A stretch of 64,000 nucleotides of DNA from Camelus ferus (lineage: Eukaryota), in contig NC_045702.1 of assembly GCF_009834535.1 (NCBI RefSeq), forward strand, positions 5,456,001-5,520,000, written 5' to 3'. The position numbers were made by a program, and so were the translations under genes. Every line of letters starts with the position of its first letter. Position 1 is the first letter of the stretch. Positions 11,476 to 20,934 of this stretch are shown here, piece by piece. The notes beneath the pieces were generated by a model. That model worked only from the letters and a program-made list of their open reading frames with translations. It searched no databases and was not told where the DNA came from.

Positions 11476-13249
11476 GGCCAAACCTTAGCCCTTCTCGCTG
11501 TAGCTGTGGCTTTCAGGACAACAAGGCGGCGGCATAACCTGGGTGGGGGAGAGGACCAATCACCGAGTGAGAGAGGGGTCAGGCCAGTGGAAGCACCCTG
11601 ACATTGTACAGCCCTTAGAGCCCAGGCCCAGACCAGGAGAGGGCAGGGCACCAGAGCTTCTCAGAAGCCTGCTGGCTGCAAGGGGTCTCCTGGCTGTGCA
11701 CGATCCTCCTGGACCAGAAAGGGCCTTCGAGTGACCCTTGGTGGGGGGGGCAAAAAAGTTACTTAAAGGGAGAAAAGAGAAGACCAAAGAGAAACAAAGG
11801 GCAAGACTGAGGCACAGGAGGCCACAAAGGGCCAAGGGAGGAAGGAGAGTGATGGGGGGAGGGGGGGAGAGGCTGGGGGGAAAAAAGGCAGAAAGCAGTC
11901 AAGGCCCAGACCCAAAAAAGCAGCAGAGATCAGGGAGGGGACACAGGAAGGAGGGAGGACAGGCAAGCCAGAAACAGGAGCGGTGGCGGTGGCGTAGTGG
12001 TGGCACAGCACACTGAGGAGGGCTGAGACCGGAGAGGGGTGTGCTGGGGGGAGTGACACACCCTGTGGAGCAAGGAGGGGAAAGAGCCCGAAACGGCAAG
12101 CAAGGGGGCAGGTGTCATGTGCCCCCTCCCCTGATGAAAGCCCGGCCCCAAGGTGAGGGGGAGGAGGCTCCCTGGGGGAGGGACAGGAGCCCAACTCCAC
12201 TCACTCAGTGGGAGGGAGGAAGGGAGGACAGCACAGGCAGGGCAGAGCTTTATAATGGGGGAGGGGCACGTGACGACGGGGAGGAGGGTGGGCACAGAGA
12301 CACTGAAGTTCTGCCCCTCAGGGGCTGTCCCGATCCCTCCCCTCCCTGAGCCTGGGGCCAGGAAAATCTGAGTGGCAGGGCTGATGCCCTCCTGACTGTG
12401 ACTGTAGGGGCATCTGGGAAGGACACTGTGTATGGGGGGCGGGAGAGCAGAAAGGTTGTGGTTAGGGACCTGACTAGAGCCAGTTGAGATACCTATTCCT
12501 AGTGGGGGGAGCGCAGAGGGCACCCAAGGCTCTGTGATTCCAAAAGTACTGAAGTTCTCCAGTGTGTTGTTGGGGGGTCAGGACTACTGGATTTAGGGTT
12601 AACTCAGGGATAAAACAGGTCAGTGTAGGGTCAAACAATGTAGGTTTAGGGGGTCAGCCCAGGGTGGGGAGCCTGGAGAGACACAATTCCTAGCAGGCAT
12701 TGCAACTCAGCTGACCACTCTCCTAACCTCCCCCTAGCAGGCCTTCAGCCAGGGCACTGGGGGAGGAAACCTGGTCTGGGAAGGAGTGTCCTGAGTACCT
12801 GCAAGTGCCCCACTCCCACCTCCAGGCTGTGCCCTCAATGTGCTCCTCCATCCTCCCCTCATCCCTTTACCTCCGCACACCCTCCCCCTCCCCCGCCGTC
12901 CCAGAACACAAAGCAGCTTCTGTCCAGAGCATCGGGTGCCGATAATCCGGGATGGGGGCACATTCCGGGGACCAGCCCCGACCGGCCCGGAGGATTAGCA
13001 TCTATACCCCTGCCCAAGGGATTAGCACTCTGGACCCCCACATGGGCATTAACGGCCCCCAAGTGAATTTGCACATTCCACAGTTCCTCGATGTGGGGCT
13101 GGTGGGGGGGGGCACAGGGGAGGAGGGTAAGATGGATTCTGGATTGCAGATAGCGCCGCCCCCACACCCAGCACAGAGCGCTCCCTACCCAGACAAGCCA
13201 GCCCCCCAGGAGTTAGGTCGAACTCTCAAGGCTCGTCTTTTCCATCCCC

Positions 13250-14330
13250 ACCCAGCTGCTCCCTCCTCCGCCTGACCCCTTGTCCTGACCTGACCCGCCA
13301 TCCCCCCTTCCCGGCTCCGCCTCCCAACCCCTAGATCGAGGGGAAGAGGCTCGGGGCAACCCCCTAGGCAGGGCGCCCCCAACGAGCGAAGGACAGAGTA
13401 GGGGGTCGCAGGGGACAGATGTCGTCTGGAGCTCGCCCAGGAGTTGGGAGGGCCGGCGCGCCTCACTGAAACTACCCCCTCCTAGTGGCAGGGGGCGCGG
13501 CACCCTCGCTTTAGGGAATTCTAAGAGGACCCCAGATCCCGCTTGCGATCAGCAATCACTTCGCTCGCCTCCCCATCCTTCTCCCCAAGATCTCGCTTCT
13601 CCGCGCCCCAGTCTCCGCCCTTTCCTGCACTTCCACTCCCTCCCCGCTCCGAGTCCCGAGTTCCCCCCTTTCCTTCCCCCTCCCTTCCTCCGCGGCCCTG
13701 GCCCTCCCCCGCCGCCACCTCTCCGCTTACCCGCTTCCTCTGGACTTCGTACTCTCGGGGTCTCGGGGTCTCTCCCCCTTCTCTGGCGCCCTCGCGCGCT
13801 CCCGACGACTCCCCCGTGCCCACCTTGGGGCGCGCCCCCGCCGCTCCCAACTTCTCCCAACTCAACTTTCCCCCGCGCCGCGAGCAGGCCAGCCCCCTGC
13901 GTGCGCGCCCCCCGGCGCACCGTGCGCGGCCCCGCCGCCGCGGGTAGGGAGGGGGAGCGGGGGCCGAGACCCGGGGGCGGAGGCGCGCTTACAGGCACGG
14001 CCCGGCTCCCGGAGCCCAGCGCCGAGGAGGCGGCCCCCCCAGTCCCTCGCCGCGGTCCCGCGAGGCTTCCCCGCACGGGGCTCGGGCGCCCCGGGGAGGC
14101 CGTCTCTTGGGCCCATTAAACACCTCTGGGCGGAAAGGGGCCCGTCTCACACTGAGGATTCCAGGCAGGAAAACGGAGGCACAAAGATGATCAGGAAATT
14201 AGGGGCGGAGGAAGTTGAAATATAAATGCATCGGGGTCAAGATTCTCTCTCGCCCACCCGCGGCTCTCGCCTCCACCCTCAGTATCTCCAGCGCCTCCAA
14301 AACCCTGTCTTTGCCAGGAGGACAGTAGAG
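13250..14330 (-). promoter_or_regulatory. SLC4A2: CpG island / SLC4A2 AE2a promoter and non-coding exon 1 (approximate ends)
   Basis: Very high CpG and GC density. Strong minus-strand donor GCGG|GTAAGC puts the exon boundary at 13731. A second candidate donor CCT|GTAAGC lies near 13992. The exon 2 acceptor is at 11539-11540. Confidence 0.7.
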
Positions 14331-14514
14331 GGGGGCGATAAGGGTGATGGCGGCTGGAGGCTGGATGCCCATTACTCTGGGCTGACGTAGGCTTTCTGAA
14401 CCGGGGAGCTTCTGCCTCGGAGAGATTCCCTCCGGTGACCTCCCTCCTCAAACCCTATTCATAGTCATCATCTGTCACTTAAAGATCTCTGTGCGTGCTT
14501 CTGGGTTTCTTAAC

Positions 14515-14620
14515 TATAAATTCTTCTGGATAAGGAACATACGTTTTGCTTCTTTTCTTTAGTGTGCCACCGAGTGAGCACAATGTTGGGTATTCATAAA
14601 ATGTTCAGATATAAACGAGT
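14515..14620 (+). mobile_element. L2 3' tail fragment (approximate)
   Basis: aggaacatacgttttgcttc...gcacaatgttgggtattcataaaatgttc resembles an L2 tail. Confidence 0.45.
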
Positions 14621-15349
14621 TAATTAACAAATGCTAGCACCAACTCTGGTTCTGGAGCTGAGGAGTGCTATTTGGGCAATTTTCATCAGTTCACACCCCT
14701 CAAGAATGCAATCATGAGACAATTAGAGAGCAGCCGTAAGAAAATCTATAATCAACTCCTTAAGGGATGAGGTCAAGGCTGCTTCAAGTGTAGCATCTGT
14801 CTGTGCTTCTGTCTGTTGATGGCGGTAACCAACCTGCTAGCCCTCAGCCACACCCTGGCTGACTCCACTGGGTCCAGGCTCTGTAGACTCATATGGGGGG
14901 GAAGAGAGGTACTCCTAGTGCTCCAGCCAACTTTCCTCGGACTATCAGAATGTAGCAAACGGCTGGAGTCGACAAACGGGGCCCAGAAGAGAATTCTCTG
15001 GCCTACGGAAAATCCGGTCTCTAATGGGGCACACCTGCCTCTTTCCAGCCCTGTGGTCAGCTGGTCCCTGTGAAGTCATCATCAGCAAGACATGGCTCAG
15101 AGCCATTCCCCAGCCAATCCTGAGGTTACCAGATGGCCTAGGGAGAGGCGGAAAGTCGCGCTGAGATTTTCAGGAGGTCGTTGGAACTTCAACATCATCA
15201 ACCAGGGTCAGGGCAGGGCCACCTGGACTCGTGATGCAGGCCGCCAAAACCCAAACCCTAGAAAGTGCCCCACCCCACCCCCACCTCCGCAGCATTCTGG
15301 AATGTGTAGTCCCCGAGAGGCCTTTTTCAAAGAAGGTTGTAATCACTGA

Positions 15350-15711
15350 AAGGAACAGCACGAGCAGGGCACACTGGGAGCCGCGCGCGACGGCGGGGAG
15401 CCGGGGAAGCGGACACGCGGTGCTTCCTGGGATTTGAAGTCCAAGGTTTGCCTCCGCGGTCGAACAAGAGTCCCGGGAGGCGAGTGCTGCAGAGAGCCTG
15501 AGCGCAGCCTGCTGGGTGTTGTAGTCTTCGTGTTGTCTAAGGCCTTGGGCATTACAGGGAAACCTGGAGAGCTAGGACTACAAGCCCCAGAAGACCATGC
15601 GCAGGCAGGAGGGCGGGGCAGAGCCGGAGGCTGGGGTGCCGCCTCCTCTGCAACGCCGGGCCCGGAGTCTTAGAACCCAGGGCCCGCAAGGGTCCCCGCG
15701 CGGCGGCCGCG
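15350..15711 (+). promoter_or_regulatory. CDK5: CDK5 CpG-rich, TATA-less promoter / 5'UTR
   Basis: CpG cluster with a GC box (gggcgggg near 15611) directly upstream of the ATG in GCCGCGATGC context. Confidence 0.65.
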
Positions 15712-18700
15712 ATGCAGAAATACGAGAAACTGGAGAAGATTGGGGAAGGTAATGGGGACCACGAGATGTTCCTGCAAGATCTTCTTCTGCAGACCCTTCA
15801 TCATTCCTTGCAGCCCTGACTCCTCTACCGTCAGCAATACCCAGGGACCCCGATCTCAAGCTCTGGCGGCAACCCTGGCCCCAAGCTCAACACTCTGTGC
15901 AGACACCAATCCTACCCCTGTTAGCATTTTCCATAGACTCTCCGTCCCATCCTTAGCACTTCTTGTAGACCCACCTCCCGACCTCTGCACGCCCTGCGTT
16001 TCCTACCCCTATCCTCAGCACCACTTGCCCAGCGTCACCCACTGCCTAGCCTCAGTTCTCGCTGCAGACCTCAACCTCAACGTTCCTGCTGGCCCTCATT
16101 CCTCTTCCAGACCCTTGCTCACTATTTCCAGGCCCTCCAGAAGCACAGCCTCTATTATAGACCTCTTTACCCTGGCAGCAGCAGCCTCTCCCTGTTGCAC
16201 ACACCCTTAAGCCATCTATCTGCAGGCCCCTTTCTGCCATATCCCCACTCCCCACAAAACTGTTCCATGCCGAGCCTACACCCTGAATCTCTTCCCTTAC
16301 TCCTCCAGGCATCAGAAGTAACACATTCCCACACTGCCTGCTCTCCTGGCAGGGACTTCCTGGGTTGGGGAAGGGTGCCCCATCCTTTCTCTCACCCCTG
16401 ACCTCCTTCCTCTAGGCACCTACGGAACAGTGTTCAAGGCAAAAAACCGAGAGACTCATGAGATTGTAGCTCTGAAACGGGTGAGGCTGGATGACGATGA
16501 TGAGGTAGGACTGGGGCATTGGGACCAGGGGAGGGGTGATGGGCCTAGGCTGGGTGGGATATGACTGTTGCCCACCCGGTCCCCTCCAATGTGTAGGGAG
16601 TGCCAAGCTCAGCCCTTCGGGAAATCTGCCTACTCAAAGAGCTGAAGCACAAGAACATTGTCAGGTGTGTAGATGGGTGGGGTCCTCCTTGCCTGTGTGG
16701 TCATTTGGAGGAGGTGGGGGCTTCAGAGATGGGCTGGGCTGATACCAGAATGTTAGGAGCAAACTTGTGGCCCTGATTGGCTCAGCTCTCCCTTCTCCCT
16801 AGGCTCCATGACGTCCTGCATAGCGACAAGAAGCTGACTTTGGTTTTTGAGTTCTGTGACCAGGTGAAGAGGGGCTCGAGGGACAGCAGCCTTGGGAGGG
16901 TATAGGGACCCAGACTGAGGTTAAACGCTGTCCCATTCCTCCACCACCATCCCTTTTTAGGACCTGAAGAAGTATTTCGACAGCTGCAATGGTGACCTAG
17001 ATCCTGAAATTGTGAAGGTGAGGGAACTGGCATCCTGGGAGCTCCTTGAGGATGGGATTGGAGTCTATATTCAGTGAACGTGCTTGCTGAGTGCCGAGTT
17101 CTGGGGCCCATCCGGGGCGTAGGAGAAGGAGAATACCCTGTTACTACCTCCATCGTAGAGGACATTTTCTTGTGATCTCTTTGACCTGACAGTAACACTC
17201 TGATGTCAGTGATGTGGTTTACATTTGAGAAGTGGGAAGATGAGGTTCCAAGAGATACATTCATTCATTCATTCCACAAATACTTACTGAATGCTTTGCT
17301 GTGTGTCAGGCACAGTTCTAGGTCCAAGACTAAGTGCCTTGTCCCAGGTTCCTGGGGAAACAAGTGCTGAATAATAATACAGCACGATATATATATATAT
17401 TGATGGTTATGATGTACGCGTTTAAATGAGGCCAGGAAGGGGAGAGATCAGTGTAGGCTGGAAAGGGAGGAAGGCCCACTACGCTGTCAGTTTCAGAAAG
17501 TGGGGACCAGGGTCCCCATCACCGTTCATTTTGAATACTCAGCACAGTACAGAGTAGGTCCTCATTAGTGAAGGAAGGATGTCATGCGAGCCTGGTGCTG
17601 AAAGCCCGGGGAGGTTTCAGGGCAAAGCAGAGGGTGAAGAGGGGCACGTGCTCCATTGCTGGGTGAGCTTCCTATCAAGAGGGTCTGATGACCTCCTCCC
17701 TGCCCCTCCCCCAGTCGTTCCTCTTCCAGCTGCTAAAAGGCCTGGGATTCTGTCACAGCCGCAACGTGCTACACAGAGACCTGAAGCCTCAGAACCTGCT
17801 CATAAACAGGGTACCTCTCTGGGAGAGGGCCGGACATCTGGGCTGGCACGGAATGAGGAGCGGGGCGGGAGGGTGGGAGCTCGGGGCCTGAGCGCGTGGC
17901 CTGCCCCGAGACTGTTGAAAAGCCCCTCCACGCCCCTTCCCGTGCCCTCAGAACGGGGAGCTGAAATTGGCTGATTTTGGCTTGGCTCGAGCCTTTGGGA
18001 TCCCTGTTCGCTGTTACTCAGCTGAGGTGAGTGGCGGGATGGCACTTGGGGATGAGGGAGGGAGTCCCCAAGGAGTGTCTCTCAACTCCTATTCCAGGAC
18101 CCCAAACATTATTTTCCTCTCCTCTCTGAGCTCTTTCCTCCCCAGCCCACTAACTGGGGGGTCCCCATGGGTGGGGTCTTCTCCAGGTGGTCACGCTGTG
18201 GTACCGCCCACCGGATGTCCTCTTCGGAGCCAAGCTGTACTCCACGTCCATTGACATGTGGTCAGCTGGCTGCATCTTCGCAGGTGACATGCTGGGGTCT
18301 GCAGAGGCACTCTCTCTCCCATTTAAGTGGACAGATGGGGTCTGGAGAGTCCCCTCTGGGGAAGGGAGTGGGGCCCCTGGGATGGGGATGGAAGGCACAG
18401 GCAGTGCCGTGGGTGAGAGGGGTTATTCCTGCGTCACCTCCCCTCGTCCCCCCGCCTCTCACCCAGAGCTGGCCAACGCGGGACGGCCTCTCTTTCCTGG
18501 CAACGACGTAGATGACCAGTTGAAGAGGATCTTCCGATATCCTTCCATCTCTCTTCATCTCATGCCCTCAGGAAGGGGAGTAGGCAGCCACGGAGCTTAG
18601 AGTGCAGGGAGGGAGGGCTGTGATGGGCTGGGTCAGAACTGGGGGTGCCTGGGGATTTCTCTTGAGGGCAGAGGGTAGTAGACACCCTGGTTGTCACCGG

Positions 18701-19552
18701 GCAGGGCAGGCGCATGGTTCTGGCTGGAGAGTGTGTGGCCTGTAGATCAGGAGGGCTTCTTGGAGGAGGAAGCCAAGTGCATACTCCTCCAGCTAAGAGC
18801 TGCCGAACAAGGACAAAGGAGCCGAAAGGAACAGGAGGATGATAAGTGAAGTAGGGGAGGGCTGACTGCTTCATTAGGACCACAGACATCAGGTCTTGGG
18901 TCAGGGTTTGGGTCAAAGTAGTTAACGTCTGTAAAGCACCTGGCCCGCCGAAAACAGCACACAGGTGGGACTGAGGATGAGCATCGCAGGTGTGGGGGGC
19001 AGCTTCCATCATGAGCTGGGGGATTAAAGTGAGGAGGGTGGGGAACCTGGGAGGGGAAGAGCCCCTCACCTGCCCCTTTGCACCTGAGTGATCCTTGACC
19101 CTGTGGACACGCTGCTGGGGACACCAACCGAGGAGCAGTGGCCCGCCATGACCAAGCTGCCAGACTATAAGGTGTGATGGGGAATGGGGGGTCGGGGTTC
19201 ACCTCTGGCCCCCCCCCTTAGTTCATGTCCCTAGCAGCCTCCCTGCCCCCACAGCCCTAGTCTGAGTCTCCCTGTCCCCTACAGCCCTACCCAATGTACC
19301 CGGCCACAACGTCCCTGGTGAATGTTGTACCCAAGCTCAACGCCACAGGGAGGGACCTGCTGCAGGTGACCAAGGGCAGGGTCGAGGGTGGGCACTAGTC
19401 GGGAGGGACTGGGGGAGTGCGAGGCTCTGGGCCTGAACCTGCTGCCCCTTCTTCTGTGCTTCCAGAACCTCCTAAAGTGTAACCCCGTCCAGCGCATCTC
19501 AGCAGAAGAGGCCCTGCAGCACCCCTACTTCTCCGACTTCTGCCCTCCCTAG
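15712..19552 (+). CDS. CDK5: Cyclin-dependent kinase 5, 292 aa, complete
   Basis: Exons: 15712-15748, 16416-16504, 16597-16664, 16803-16863, 16961-17017, 17715-17810, 17952-18026, 18187-18283, 18467-18536, 19111-19171, 19285-19365, 19466-19552; total 879 nt. Motifs [21 protein letters not shown] and DFG; ends FSDFCPP*. Confidence 0.99.
17258..17330 (-). mobile_element. L2 3' tail fragment
   Basis: attcattcattcattccacaaatacttactgaatgc...gtgtcaggcacagttctagg is a typical antisense L2 tail. Confidence 0.65.
18537..19110 (+). other. CDK5: U12-type AT-AC intron (CDK5 intron 9)
   Basis: 5' site ATATCCTT at 18537, branch site TCCTTGAC at 19092-19099, 3' AC at 19109-19110. Splicing restores IFR|LLGTP. 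Confidence 0.95.
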
Positions 19553-19720
19553 GCTCCAGCCTCGGCCACAGGCTGGGGCCTGGCCTATTTAAGCCCCCTC
19601 TAGGGAGGGGAGGAAAGGCAGGGATGCACGGTGTGCTGAGCTCCAGCTGTGCTGGGCCCGGCCAGGATGGAGGTGCCCTCACCCGTGTTCTTCACGCCCT
19701 CCATGGACTTTATTTAATTT

Positions 19721-19726
19721 CATAAA
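19721..19726 (+). terminator. CDK5: Candidate non-canonical CDK5 poly(A) signal CATAAA
   Basis: U-rich context (tttatttaattt cataaa) about 170 nt after the stop codon. No AATAAA is seen nearby. Confidence 0.55.
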
Positions 19727-20846
19727 TTGGCTCCTTTCCCACAGTCTGGCTGATGTGGTAAAGCGGCTTGGGGGTGGGGCCTGGGTCGGGGAGTCTCTGC
19801 TCCGTCTCCTCTCCCTCTGCAGCCCTGCTTCCAGTCCAAACACAACCCAACTGTCTGGTCCTGACTCGGCCACTCTAAGTGACAGGTTGGAGGGTGGAGG
19901 GTGGAGGCTCTGACCCTTACCCCTTATGGTCTGGGCTCAGGGGCAGTGCTGTCCCCACACATGTGCCTGTGCACTCATGCATGTCCCTTTCTCCTCTGCC
20001 CAGGAGGGCGGGTCCTGAGGGGTTAGACCACCAGTGTCTGAGAGCAGCGATGGGCTTCCACCAGAATGAGGAGAAAAGAGCCAGGCCTTTTTTTTGTGGT
20101 TCTCCTTATCCCACATGTACCTGCCCCACCTCTTCCCTCTTCATCCCCCTACACCTGAGCCTGCAGGAGAGACCCAAAGATGTGGGTAGGAACACCCCCT
20201 CCCCTGTTCCCTTACTTGTCCTTTTCCAATATTTAGGATGCAGAGAAAGAGCAGGAAAGTGGGCCATGGCTGGGCCTGGATGTGTCCTTACTGGCAGGAG
20301 TGGGAAGGGAATGCCTCCTCTCCCCGTCTCAGGCTGGGGCCTTCTCTTGCAGAGAGGCTGGGGAAGCAAGACTGGTTCCCATGGAGAGGGGTGGGCAAGC
20401 TGGCGCTTGGTCCCAAATGTGAGAAAAAGAGTCATGATCTCCTAAGACAGGACCACAGCTTGTGTTCTTGGAAGTGGGCTAGTGCCCCTGTTTTCTCCCC
20501 GCCTGCTCCCCCAAGTCTTCCTGGCTCTGGATCAGATTCTTCCTCCAGCTCTTCCCTTGTAGGACCCCCAACGTGATTGTCCTACCACTGCCTCCTCCCT
20601 GCCTTCACGCCTGGCTCTGAGCTCCGCTCTCTCTGAGATGCCGGTTTGACAGATTCATTCACACTGAGGTCCACTGCCTGCATGCCCTCTTACTACTCTT
20701 CTCTCAAAGACAGATTTCTGCTGGCTGGCATTTCAGGCATCACGTCGCTGGATGATGGCTGGCAGAGGCCTTGTGCCTGAGCAGGGTTGACTTTGGCCGG
20801 GCTAGCCTGCCTGTAAGAGGGACAGCTGAGGCTGATGTACTAGAAC

Positions 20847-20852
20847 TTTATT
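20847..20852 (-). terminator. ASIC3: ASIC3 poly(A) signal AATAAA
   Basis: tttatt on the + strand, about 83 nt after the stop codon. Confidence 0.8.
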
Positions 20853-20934
20853 TGGGATGAAGAGAGCAAAGACGCGTGCAAGCTGGCCGCATCCTGGATG
20901 TTGGGGTGGGGCCCCGAAGATTCAGACATCCAGT

